A stretch of 64,000 bases of DNA from the human T2T-CHM13v2.0 reference genome, Homo sapiens: NCBI RefSeq assembly GCF_009914755.1, contig NC_060932.1. One strand, written 5' to 3'. Both the position numbers and the translations under genes were made by a program. Below, in pieces: positions 25,747 to 39,616 of the stretch (positions are counted from its first letter, which is position 1; every line of letters begins with the position of its first letter). The notes under the pieces are model-generated. The model saw only the letters and a program-made list of their open reading frames with translations. It ran no database searches and had not been told where the DNA came from.

Positions 25747-27703
25747 GTAGAGAAGGGATTAATTGGTGAAGGTCTTGATCATTGAGAAGGGAGATGATCG
25801 TTTTTGGATAAAGGTGAATTAACTGTCAGCTAGACATGTCTCTTAAGTCCTCCCAGTATGAAAGTTCACCTAACTGCCTGCCTGTACGTTCAACCTCACC
25901 ACACACACTAAGACCCACAGAATATAAGGAGCTTTAGATTAATAGCTAATTGGCTGCTTGACATTATTAATGTAACTGATTGATCCCTGTGATTTAGCCC
26001 CAGTCTTCTATCCGAATCCCCTGTTTCAGATTCCTATCTTAGAAGGTCACTTAAAGGATCCCAGTGACCTTATGTCAATTCCCCAGGGACTACATTTCTT
26101 CTTCCTGAATGGAGGCTCCTCTTATCTACTTACTCTTCTTTGAATAGTGGGCTTCAGTCAATTTGCCTGCTGCTTGAACCTCTTTGTAATCTCCTCTATT
26201 CCTGGCTGAGGTTCATAGTCTGGGTCTTGAAGTTGGTTAAGGATTGTGCCAAATGAATCATATGCTGCATCTCCCATACCTTTCCTGTCTGGCTTCTTGT
26301 TCCCTCCATTTGCTGCCTGCTCCTGCAGTCCTCCGTGTAGTGCTCTCCTGCAGTCTTACTCATTTGAACCTCTTCCAAGTGATATTTATGTTTTTCTTTT
26401 TCTTGCAAGAACTTATGGCTCAAGGAATTCATGATTGAATGGAAGAGACAAATACGTAAACAGATAATTGCAACCTGGTGTGACTGGAGGAAAGGAGTAC
26501 AAGTGATGTAATAGGGATATATAAAGGAAATCACTAGGATTTATCCAGATACTGTGTTGGCTCACAGGGAAGCTGTGTGGTCAGAGTCTAAGGTATGCTA
26601 TCACAAGGGATGTGATTAATTAGGAATCGATGTGGAGCAGTCAGTAGCTTATACAGTAGAGAGGGTGTGGCAGCAGAAGTTTTCTGGAAGGTGGCCTTCG
26701 TGAGAATCACATATTCCATTTGATATGGAACATCGTGGATTCATCTCCTTGGCAATAGCTGGAAAAGTATTGGAGTCATCGCCAGAGAAATTGCGAAGTT
26801 AAGCAGGGAACTGAAGTAGATCTAAAATATTCCCGGAGCTGGCCATGGCAGAGACCATTACGGTTTCCAGAGTTTATCCTAAGCTCAGATGGAAATTAGA
26901 CTCATTCTTGTTTCTGTCAACAGGTTAAGCTAAGAGTTTGGTTAGTATTAGCTTAGTTGATTTTATGAAGTTCTGTCAGTAAATAACCATTGAATGTGTT
27001 GATAACTAGCAGAGCTTTAAACAGACAGAGTTTAGAAAGAAGCATTAAGGAGATCTGGTAAGTAGCAGCCTAACACCAAGCACTGGGGTGGGTAGGTAAG
27101 CATGCACTGCAGTTCCAGAGGGAACCTGTGGAGCAGGAGGAAGATGTCTCAGGCACAGGTTGACAGGAACCCAGGTACAGACATTGGGAAATCAGGGATG
27201 GGTTGGTTCTAAGGATAGGGAGCAAATCAGGAGCTCAGTTCTTGTTCCCAGAACATAACAGGCGACACCCTGATCTCTGGCCTGAGAGTATGTGGTTACC
27301 TCCAACCTGGAACAGGATTGGTTCCAAAACTTATATGAAAACAATAATTCAAGGTTCAAACAGTATTAATTATATTTAATCTCTAAGAATTTTTAATTAG
27401 AGCAAATTTTTAACATTGATAATAGCTATAATTTATAATTATTGTTACAATTAATATAAGTTATAATCTGTAGAAATTAAGAATTTTTCTTATATAATTG
27501 CTTTATTCTATAACTCCTCTCAGTCTCTTCCCTACCAATTTGCAAATGATCTCCTCCTACATTACCACTTTTGAAAGGCATATTTTAAAGTATGTAACAC
27601 TGAATTGATGATAATGATTTTCAGTTTAGCAATTTATGGTTTCACACATGAATGAATATAATTCAGGTTTTCTTGGCTTTAAGGTTAGCTTTCCCTGTTG
27701 ACC

Positions 27704-28007
<304 letters not shown>

Positions 28008-29224
28008 ACCCTATTGACTTTTGACATATTACACTTAGCGACAAGTTTTTACTGCATTGGCAATTTGTGATGCCAAAAGTACCATTTACTGAAATAATAC
28101 ATAGTAATGAAAGATGTTTTGGTTGATTTTAGTAGGATTTTTAAATTGGAAATTAACCTTTAAAAGATATATTGGATCTAGGTAAGCAAAAAAGGTATTT
28201 AAAATGAAGTAGCTCAGCCAGTGAAACCTATTCCTAGTAATATAAGGATATACACCTAATCACAGAACCACAGATTCATTGTGCTCCAGTGAAATGGCCA
28301 TATTTGTTTTTTAAAAGGTCCAGAACATGAACGTGATACAAGATCATTGTCATTTGTAAACAAGCAAGACTCACAAGAGGTTTAGTAAACTGGTTTAATG
28401 TCATGTTCCGCCTTTATTATTGATGTTTTTTTTTTCTTGAATGTTTATAATTGTGATGTTAAAACTTCAGAGACTTTGGGGTTTTTTTAAACTTTGGAAA
28501 GTTCAGAAGCAAAGCTCAATCTCTGAAAGGTCTGAGTTCCTTTTGACACTTTGATGGTCTGCTGGCCAGCTGCCGCCTCTTTCTCAGAGTTTCCAGTAGA
28601 TCGAGTATACTCAGCAGAACTTCATGGACTGCTCCAAGCCAATCTCCTGTGCACTCTGAGGTGTAGCTTGGTCAGAACTGTATCATAGTAACAAACGACA
28701 AATTATTCATCTTATGCCATTAGATCATTCTCTAAGTAAACTGTCTATTGATAAACTCCAGAGAAATAAGCATATGGATTCTTGAAGTGTTTGAAAGTAG
28801 TTAGGTGTATGTAGGCAGAACATGATTAAACCAAGTTTATTTGTTTTGTCCTAAAACAGTTTTAGTTAATGTTGGTAATCTTCCAATTGACTAATTATTT
28901 TATAATATTTCATTTGTATGTAATAGGCACACAGCAAGTACCTGTTGAATGAGTCAGTGAATTTACATTTGTCATTTGTTGACATTAAATATTCATCTTG
29001 GAAACTATATAAGCTTAAAAGAATGCAAATAATAGAGTTTCATCCAATATAGTTTGAGTTTTTGTTTGGGGATTCCTATTTATGCTGCTACTCACCCAAC
29101 ACATTTTAAATATTTGTTTGGGGACTAGTATTTACGTTTCTATTCTGATGAAAACGTGAAGAAACAAGAGGACCAAATGATCTCTAAGGACCATTCTAAC
29201 TCTAAACTCATTTTCAGAGAACAA

Positions 29225-30060
29225 AGTAGACCAGGTGAATACCAATTCCTGATAAAAGGTAGAAGATAATTATCAAAACTAACAGCAGCCATTGCTTTTA
29301 TTGGCAATTCATTAGAAGCATTCTCTTCAAAACGTAGAAAAAGTCAAGAGTGCTTAATATTACTGATAATATTCAACATCATTTTTATAGACCTACCACT
29401 CTAGCAATAAGGCAACGAAAATGAGATATAAATGCTGAAAAGGAGAAGCTACAACTGTCACCATTTTGAAAGAATTTGTGATTACCTACTTAGCAAATCT
29501 GAGAAAAAAGTTTAGTGAAGGAATTTAATAAGATAGTTGGATATGAAGCAAATACACTAAAGTTAATAGCCTTCCCAAACAAAAAGTAACCAACTGAAAG
29601 TGTAATAGAATAAAAGATCCCATTCTCAATTCAAATTACACAGAAATTATGAAATGCTTAGGAATGAATCTACCAAAAAAAATTTAAAATTTATATGAAG
29701 AAAACTACAAAACTTTATTAAAAGACATAGTTGAAGACTTGATTAAATAGACATCTATGTTCCTAGGTTGGAAAAATCAATATTGTGAGACGATCAATTC
29801 TCCCAAAATTTAATGTCATCTCAAACAAAATACTAGTAGGATTTTTACAACAGAATTTGATACACTGATTTCAAAGTTTACCTTGAATAGAAAATTACCT
29901 GTCATCACATATATTTTTAAACAGATTGACAGGTACAGTGTTGTTTTAATGTCAAAACATATTCAAAAGATATAGTCATTAAAACAGTATGGTATTTGAG
30001 TAGAAAGAGACAAATAAGTTTGTAGAAGAGAACAGAGAACTTAAAAACCAACCCAAGTAT
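29225..30060 (+). mobile_element. Old L1M ORF2 fragment
   Basis: tatatgaagaaaactacaaaactttattaaaagacat...attaaaacagtatggtatt. Confidence 0.7.
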
Positions 30061-30189
30061 TGAGTTTCTGTTTCACTCTCCATCCTGTCTCATTCTCCAT
30101 CCAGATGAGCTGAGTTCTCCTAGTTGATAATAAGTAGACTATTCTGGGATCAGACCAATTTACTGGGTTATCATGGGGAAACTGTTTAC

Positions 30190-30555
<366 letters not shown>

Positions 30556-31188
30556 TAGTAGACTGTGTGCTTTATTATACTAAATTGAGCAGAGACAATG
30601 GAGGAAGCAACCAGTTGGTGGTACTGGGAAGCCCTTTTAAGCACCAGGCCTCTGGTTATCTCTTTTATACATATTCTTTTTTTTAGGATATAATTTTTTT
30701 TTTTTTTTGCCTGGGGCACAAACCCTTTCCAAACTCCTTACTGACCTTCTTTTAAAGTGGTGCTAAATAGAAATGTGGGCCCGCACCTAATACCATTGTC
30801 AAAAGCCCCACTTAATATTATTGCTAAGCCAACAGGAGTGGATTCGTAAAGTGGAGTTTTAATGAAAACCTTCAACTCTGCTTGGTAAGATTTCTTTTCA
30901 TACCCTTACTTAGGTGGTTAAAGAATGCAAACTTTTCTGTAGTTCTGCATGTTTTCTCTCACTTCAACATGGGATGGATTAGAGGTAACAATCACAGGGC
31001 ATTACTATAAAACTGTAGGAAAGTAGTAATGAGTCCCTGAACAAAGGTGGTGGCAGTGGTTTTGATGTGTGAAATTAGAGAGAGGACTGCAGGCTTTGTT
31101 AGTTGATTGTTGGTAGAGGTAAAGGAGGAGGGATTGTCAGCATTAGCTCAAAGAAGGTGGATCACATTCCCAGCTGCAGTGGTCAGGT

Positions 31189-31396
31189 GGGTTTGGTAAG
31201 CTGGGGGATTGATAGACTATGCTTAAGGAAAGAAAGTTTGATGAAAAAACAGGCATCTCAGGAGCGGTAGTGGCAAGAGATGAGAAAACAGGCATCTCAG
31301 GAGGTAACAGGGTTTGGTAAGCTGGGGGATTGATAGACTATGCTTAAGGAAAGAAAGTTTGGTGAGAAAACAGGCATGTCAGGAGCAGTAGTAGCA
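31189..31396. repeat. Complex local duplication (87 bp x2 plus extra 25-bp copy)
   Basis: 31189-31275 vs 31310-31396; sub-block repeated at 31279-31303. Confidence 0.92.
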
Positions 31397-32665
31397 CCAG
31401 GTAGAGACAGAAGCCACAGATCAAATATAGATGTTATAGGCAGAAACTTGGGGTGCAGAATGGTAGATTGAGGCATGCTTCATTCAGATCATGCTGCAGA
31501 AACAGTGGGAGCTCCAGGCTGAGTGGTCCTCCATGAAATTCACTGGTGATAAATCATGGTTGATTGATGTCACCTAGGCCCAGGGAAATGGCCTAGCAAG
31601 AAAAAAGTAGAAAAGTAAACTCTAGTCACAGATGAGATTGGTTTCCCACCTTGAGAGGAAGAAGAAACCCTGAGATATGTATATACAAGGGGACTAAGAT
31701 GGTAGTCTGATCCCCGAGGACCATTCAGGGAGATGATTGCTCGTTTTTACCAGTGAGCTGTTCAGTATCTCATGTCTCACCCACGGCAGGGCCAAAACAA
31801 TTTTCCAATACCTGTGGACACCTGAGCAACTGTTATCAATATACTGCTGAGCCAACTTGTCTTTGGTACCAGGTTGCTTTATGTTTCTAAAGCACCATTT
31901 TCTTTGAGTCATTGCTCCACTTAAGAATCTCCTAAGACCATTTGTTTACTGTTAAATTAAACTCCGGGGCTTTAGTCTGGCATTCAGAAATCATTAGCTC
32001 ACCATCCTTTTACTACACTTCTCCATGAATATGAATCCTCTGCCCAGGAAGATTATGGCCATCTTTCAAATATGCTGTAGAAACTCCACATGTTCATATC
32101 TTTTCTTGACATTAAAATTTATCATTTTTCCTGAAGCCTTCTTTTTAAGCCCAGCCTATGGCACCTTTCTTCTATTTGCTTGCATTTAACCCATTCCGTT
32201 TCTCTGTTTGTGCCTTTTGTCTCTCCAGCCAGCATTCTCTCTTTCCATATAGATTGATATTCATTCCTTAAAGACAGACACCACAACTTCCATTTCTTAT
32301 GCCGTTAGAAGTGGGGAGCGAAACTTTTTTTCAGTTTTTATTTGACTACTCCTGTAATGTTTTGAGAAGTCTTAGTCTTCAGAATGATGGAAAAGATTAA
32401 TCATTTGCCTGGCTTTTCGTTTAATAAGATGTAACTTAGAAATAAAGTAGTATTCTTGCCAAAAGTTTCTTTGGGTTGTTTTTGTTATGGCTTCTCAAGG
32501 TACTAAATATTTAAACAGTTTTTTCTTATATGAAATCATTTTATAAAATACGTGAAAGTATAATTTGTGTGTTACTGATAATCATGTAAATTGCTATAAA
32601 CTCCATGAAGACAGTTTGACTAAAAAGTCTTCTTTGACTAATCAGTTTCACTCCTAAGGATTAAG

Positions 32666-32787
<122 letters not shown>

Positions 32788-32968
32788 TTATCCTGAAGAA
32801 CTGTTATGGATATTTCTGAATATTTTCAAGGTTGGTCATTATACCATTGGTTTGTAATAGCAAAAGATTAGAAGTCAACATGAATAACCAAGTAGAATTG
32901 TTTATGTTATACTATAAACATTTTCTATGGAATATTATACAGTTAACAAAAATGGTCTTCTACAGGAA

Positions 32969-33280
32969 TAGTGACACAGGAAAATGGCCCCGAAGTTTTA
33001 GTAAGTAAAAAGGTCAGATTACTGAACGATATATATGGTATAATCCCATTTTCTTTGCCAAAAGAAAGCAAAAACAATTCTATCTATAAATTTTTAGATT
33101 CTGTCTTCTAATTTTATACGGTAACTACTAGAATATTTAGTGACATAGAAAAATGGCCCTGATAATTGATAAGTGAAAAAGATCAGGTTATTGAAGCATG
33201 TATGGTAAAATCCCACTTTTTTGCCAAAAAGAAAACAAAATTATACTTAACAAATTTTTTACAATTCTGTCTTCTAAATT
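32969..33280. repeat. Old diverged tandem duplication (period ~169 bp) within L1ME-like remnant
   Basis: tagtgaca..aaaatggccc..atccca..ttgccaaaa..attctgtcttcta occurs twice. Confidence 0.8.
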
Positions 33281-33975
33281 ACATGTAAGAGCTTTGCATT
33301 TCTCTTGTAATCAGGAAAATAAATCCTTTTATTAAAAAAAATTGCTCTAGTTACTTCAGAGAGAAAATAACAATGGAATATTATCTACAAGGAAAGGTCT
33401 TGAAGGAAAAGAGACCCCTAAAATTCAGACCAATGATGGCCACTATACTGTAGTGATCTGGAACTAGCAATTTCACTTCTAATCTAAATATTACCACTAA
33501 TGGTTTCCTTAGTGGTAGTTATAAGTAGCCTATTGGGATTTTACTTTATTCTTTTAGAAAATTAGTGGATGTTAGTGAATAGACTTGTAATTAAATACAT
33601 TAGCCTATAAGAGTACATAGTAGGCATTCAGCAAGCGCTGGTGTTCCTTCTAAAAGTACCACTGGCTCCATAATTTAATGTTCTTTAAGACTGAAGCTTA
33701 AGAAATAAACCAAAAAAAAATCACAAATCACTTCTCCAAAGTGCCAGTTTAAAATCCTTAAGCTCTTAATGATATTTTTTGTAGAATCTTTCGAATATTA
33801 ATTTATTTTATTTATGTGAATAATTTATTTATAAAGTGATTAACGTTTTTCAGAAGACGATATTTTCACACTTCCTCATTTACTCTGTTTATTCACTTTC
33901 AACATAATTAAAAGTATCTTCTAGAGGGAGGTATTACTTCACATCATCCAAATGTATTTGCTTTCTTAACTTTAG

Positions 33976-34129
33976 GTTGCTATTGGCAGAACAGACATTG
34001 AAGACTTAGACCTTTATGCCACATCTCGGGAGAGGCGATTTCGTTTATTTGCTTCTATAGAATGTGAAGGGCAGTTATTCATGACTCCGTATGATTTTAT
34101 TTTGGCTGTTACAACAGATGAGCCCAAAG
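33976..34129 (+). CDS. MICU3: MICU3 coding exon (presumed exon 2), 154 nt, phase 0-1: VAIGRTDIEDLDLYATSRERRFRLFASIECEGQLFMTPYDFILAVTTDEPK
   Basis: Acceptor ctttcttaactttag|GTT, donor AAG|gtaagt; MICU-family RFRLFAS...FMTPYDF segment. Confidence 0.97.
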
Positions 34130-34554
34130 GTAAGTACACTTTTGAAATTATCTTAATAATTGTATAATTTTTTTATCTCTAGCTTGTGAATGGATGGAGC
34201 AGTATAAGTTTTTTAGAAGAACTGAGTAATGTGGTATTTCACATGATATTGTGCTATTCAGTGTTACAGACTGATATTTCTTACAAACTCTTACTCACAT
34301 CTCTTCTCTTTTCAGAAACTTTCAATTGCTCCATCTTTCTCAGCTTAACACCATCTTACTTTTGATACTCTTTATAAAAGACTCATATTCTGCCTATTCA
34401 TTCTTATATCAAACCTGAACAGAGTAGTTCAGAGGACTGGCTTTGAGGTTAGCCCTGGGCAAGAATTCTACCTGTATCTCTTCTGCGTTTGTCATAGCTC
34501 CTGCAGTGTAAATATATTAATAGTTTCATTGTCTCTCACCTTTTCATATGTTAG

Positions 34555-34810
34555 AATAATGGTTCTCAAAATTTTTGGAAGTATGTACATTCTTGCAAAT
34601 CTCTTAATATCTAACTTAACAGAAGACAGCTGTATTCTCATGTGTGCTTTTTTATTTGATCTGTTATAATATGTTGTTTTCCATGAAATATATGAAGAAA
34701 ATCTACCTCACAGACATGGACAGTAAAAAAAGGAGTATTTTAATTGCCTTTTTAGATTATTATAGGTACTCTCCTTTGATACTGTATCACAATTGGCTGG
34801 TGGTAGTTGC
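34555..34810. mobile_element. hAT Charlie1-like fragment
   Basis: agaagacagctgtattctcat...atatatgaagaaaatct resembles recalled consensus. Confidence 0.6.
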
Positions 34811-36409
34811 AGCTTCAAAAGTCTCTATAGATGGTGGTAAAAGAGTAATGAGAACCGAGGATTTCTGGCTGGCTTACCTGGATGGATGGCACTAGGGACC
34901 AGGTTTGAGGAGAAAAATCACAATTTCAATTTTGGTCATGTCTATTTGAGATACCTTGGATATATAAAAGGATACAGTGTATTTTTTTAAAAAATAATTC
35001 ATTTCACTTCACTGAAAGATCACTCACTAAAAATCAGTATAACAAATAATCATTTGTTCGACCCATATCTACTTTAAACTGTCACACAAATACTTTAACT
35101 TAGACTAGAACAATTATAGCCATTTTTTCCTCCAGAGACAGCAATATGGCAAAAATGAACCTTAAAATAAATCCTCAATAATTTGACAAATTGGCTACTT
35201 GACATAGTAACTTTTAATGAATTTTTGATTCTTTGGATTATTTCCACTGGATATCAAGGAAGAGATTCAGGTATATATTTAGGATTCATCTTTGCATTAT
35301 TGCTAATTCATAGAATGTGTATGAATGAAATTGCCTAGGGAAGCTGTATAGGATGAGAATATAGATAACCAAAGACTAGGCCTTGAGGAATTTCTGCTCT
35401 TTAAAAGACGAATGGACAAAAGGCTTTGAAAGGATGAGAAAAGGGGACATAGGAGTGGCCAGAGACATAGGAAGAAAATCATAAGGGTATGTAGTCATGG
35501 AAGCCGAGTAAAATAGCCAGAATTGCCAATTGAGTGCAGTGTTACTGAGAATTCAAGTTAGATAAGAACAGGAAAATGTCCACTAGATTTAAAAACATGA
35601 AGGTTATTGATGGTTTTTTAAAATGATGTTTCAGTGGAGTCATTAGGGCAATTGCAGGAGTGAGTAGCAGATGAAGAAATGAAGACGATGAGTGTAAAGG
35701 ACTCTCTTACAATATTTGATTGCAAAAGAGAAAGGAACTGAAAGGTAGCTGTAATGGAATTTGAAGTAGACACTTTTGATTATGCAAGATTTTAAATTAA
35801 AAAAAAGATTTTAACAAGAAACTATGAGAGTAACGTTTAAAGAAATGTAAACTACATAAGCAAAAACATGAAATCAAGACAGTATATGGTATAGTCATAG
35901 TAGCCACTTTGGGAATATGTAGGGCCATATAGTGATGGGAAAGGTGAAAAATTAAGTAGAGTTCTTTTTTTTTTTATTTACGAATTTTAAGGCTGTGATA
36001 AGTGTTATATCCTTTTTATTTAATCCATTTGGTACAATGTAGATTCTTTATTAGTGAGTTAGTATAGATTTAATACTAATTTGCTAATAAATATAGAGAC
36101 CATGTTGTACCAAATCAATTAAATAAAAATGTATGGAATATTTATATGTCTGCTTCTGTATTAAGGTTCTTTTCTGTGTGCTAAGGGGGATACAAAGTCT
36201 GTGCACTCAGGAAACTTACGATATTATAAGACGACGTAAGATACAGAACCATCTCCAAGGTAGAATATGGTTACCTGGCACATGATAGGTACACAATAAA
36301 TATTTCTTGAAGGAAGGAATTTGTTAGATGCTAAATGGTATTTTATATCAAATTCTATAATTTTTTCAAACATATTTGAAAGCTATTCTTTAAGTGATTG
36401 TTAATAATC

Positions 36410-36739
36410 TATATATATATATATATATATATATAGATTTTTTTTTTTTTTTTGAGGCAGGGTCTTGCCCTGTCCCCCGGGCTGGAGTTCAGTGACGTAA
36501 TCACTACTCACTACAACCTCAACCTCCGAGGCTCAAGTGATCCTCCCACCTCAGCCTCCCAAGTAGCTGGGACTACAGGCACATGCCACCATGCCACCAG
36601 CTAATTTTTTAAATTTTTTTGTAGAGAGAGGGTTTTGCTATGTTTCCCAGGCTTGGCTTGAACTCCTGGGCTCGAGCAGTCCACCTGCCTCAGCCTCCCA
36701 AAGTGCTGGGATTACAGGCGTGAGCTACTGTGCCTGGCC
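36410..36739 (-). mobile_element. AluJ with adjacent (TA)n microsatellite (36410-36435)
   Basis: Diverged dimer, poly(T), TA run. Confidence 0.88.
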
Positions 36740-37323
36740 ACAGTTTCATATTTTGAAAAATTTTACTTCATTATTTTCTAGAATTTTTTTCTTCAGAATA
36801 CATTCACTGGAAGCACACTGTTCGATTTTGCTTTTTGGAAATAACTTTTGTGGTGATTCTTCTCATAGATATTTTAAAACCATAACTTAAGAGTAAAAAA
36901 CTGGTTTCTATTATAGAAAAGTTATACAGGATATTTTACAACCACAACTTCAGTTAATTTCTAACCAGCACTTTTCAAACATAATTAGGAACAATCACAA
37001 AAGATCAAGATATTCATAAATCCTGTTTTGAAAGTTGGGGTTTTAGAAAAGGAAAAGAATAGAACAATGTTTCATGTACTGAGTATTAAATCAGATATGT
37101 TAAAACTGTAGCGTAATGAAATTTGACTTGTGTTTAAACCTTGGCATTTACTGGCTTTGAAAACTTGGTTATTTAATCTTCTGTTTCCTCATTTATAAAA
37201 ATAACAGCCTCATGAAGTTTTTCTTGAAGATCGAATGAATTATGGTTAGTATAGTACCTGGCACACAGTAAACATTTAATATTGGTATGTCATCATCATC
37301 GTCATCAGAATTCATAGCCATGA

Positions 37324-37631
37324 TTTTTTTTTTTTTTCCCCAAGAGGAGACTCGCTCTGTCAACTAGGCTGGACCGCAATGGGGTGATCTCAGCTCACTG
37401 CAACCTCCGCTTCCTGGGTTCAAGTGATTCTCCTGCCTCAGCCTCCTGAATAGCTGGGATTACGGGCAGCTGCTGTCATGCCCAGCTAATTTTTGTATTT
37501 TTGCAGAGCTGGAGTTTCACCATGGTTTAACCATATTGGCCAGGCTGGTCTCAAACTCCTGACCTCAGGTGATCCTCCTGCCTCGGCCTCCAAAGGGGTG
37601 CAATTACAGGCGTAAGCCACCATGCCCAGCC
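37324..37631 (-). mobile_element. AluS-type
   Basis: Full dimer in reverse; catagc..tgat flanks. Confidence 0.88.
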
Positions 37632-37641
37632 CATAGCTGTG

Positions 37642-37791
37642 ATAATTTTTAAGCAAATATTTACACGGCACACCATTTTTTTCGCTGTTTAAAATCATAG
37701 CCATTATTTTTGAAAGTTTTTGATATCATTTTATGATGACATTCAACAGGGAAAAAATGGTATGCTGTGTAAATATTTGCTTAAAAATTAT
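37642..37791. repeat. Inverted repeat, ~47-bp arms, 55-bp spacer
   Basis: 37642-37689 is the near-perfect reverse complement of 37745-37791. Confidence 0.92.
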
Positions 37792-39584
37792 AGATCAAAT
37801 AAATGTTGAGATATCTGATTGTTGATTATGATTTTGCATTATAATCTTATTTTGCATACTTAAATAGAACCTAAATGGTGACTTTCTTTTCTAGAACTAA
37901 AATCAGTAATTATTTTCCAACATAGCATCAAGAATTATTTTAATTTAGATTTTTAAAAATATATTAAATTTTTCAGACATACAAAAACGTATTAAAAATA
38001 TAATGAACATCAACCTACAGCTTAAGAAATAATATTTCCACTAGAATTGAAGTCCTTCTTCACCTAAGTTATATTTATATGTGCAGTAACTTCATATGAA
38101 ATAAGGAATTCAGAAAATCCTTTGAAGAGCAATCTTAATGGCTCTTTAGTCTTTATTTAAAAAGATAATAGTATTGAACATGGTGACATTTCCGACAGAA
38201 TGAATATGTCTTTTGTGAATAATTTACCATGGAAATCTCATAAACCCTGCAAAACTCAAGAGTACCTCTAACTTCCTCTTTCGATAAATACCTTCTGAGC
38301 ATTGCATAAGAGCACGTGCATGTACTTTTCTACCATTTATTTTTCTTCTTTCCTTACTGCTATATTTTAAGAGCAACAGAATAATAAATACTATTTGTAT
38401 TGTTCTGTTCATTGTTAAAAGGGAAGTGTCTTTGCACCAGTGTCATAGTTAAGTTTACATGCTAAATTCTAATTTGTAGACCTGTGATTTGAATCACTTG
38501 ATTACACATTTGTATCAACTATCTTGGATAGATGAAGGATGTTGTTGCTACATAAAGAAGAAATCTATCCTTAGAAACATATTTCTTCTCTTTTGATTTT
38601 AAATTGAGTTGTTTTGTTGCCTAATAAAGAAAAAACTACACAGCAAAAATTGCTTTTTTTGTAATTTTGAATTTGATATATTGTTAATTATACAGAAATA
38701 GCCCCATTGCCAGGTAGAAGAAGATGTTGGTTGGCATTATTGTAATGTAGCTGAAATAATTAATATTAACCAGTTTCCTAATACAGCTGTATTACAGGGC
38801 TTAATCAAATGTAAACCTGGTGCTAATTCTTAGGCAGGCATTAAATATTTACAGTGTTCAAATGTGAGCAAAGGAAATAGCAATACTGACTATACATTTG
38901 TCCCAACATTTTAAGTTTTACAGTGTTTGAGATCTTTGGGGGTGTGAGGAGGAATCACAAAAAGAAAGTGATCCCTGACATTTTATTCAGCTGTAACACT
39001 CTTACTCCAGTGATGCTTCTTGAATAGTTGTAGGGAAGAGTAATGAAACAGGACAAGTTTCCCCATCACTTTGCCTAGCCTCCCTTTCCTTTCTTTTTTT
39101 CTTTCCCCAATCCTTCTTCATCCTAGAGAGACCTGACCTGTGAATTACGTCATGGAACACTAGTATAGCAAAGATCACAAGTAATACCTTAAAATTATAG
39201 TTTATCTATGTTAATGTTATTTTATATTCTAGTTTGAATATTTTATAAGTATCATTATTTGTGCTTTTAAGCCCACAAGATGTTTAACATGGAGAAAGTT
39301 AGCTTACTTTATTAGTCCAGAAAGCCCAAATTAAGATGATACGGCTGTGGAGAAATGTTTCCTGTATCACTGATACTTACTATGAACAGTGCATAGTATA
39401 TATGAAGCAAATAGATAACATATATAAGATCATATCACAGATCCAAATTTTGAGGTTAAAAGAAAACTTTGCCTTTTGGACATAAAAGTTTGGTTATGAG
39501 TTATGGTTGTAGATGGTTAGCAAATATGGATATATATTCCATGAAGTATTTATTATCTAATTATCTTACATTTGTTTATTTTAG

Positions 39585-39616
39585 TTGCCAAAACTTGGAA
39601 GTCACTTTCCAAACAG
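39585..39616 (+). CDS. MICU3: MICU3 coding exon (presumed exon 3), 32 nt, phase 1-0: (V)AKTWKSLSKQ
   Basis: tttgtttattttag|TT...CAG|gtgagt; phases fit both neighbours. Confidence 0.95.

Noticed and set aside
26043-26071. AAGGTCACT...AGTGACCTT inverted nuclear-receptor half-sites
   Set aside because: Only 9-bp arms and non-canonical spacing
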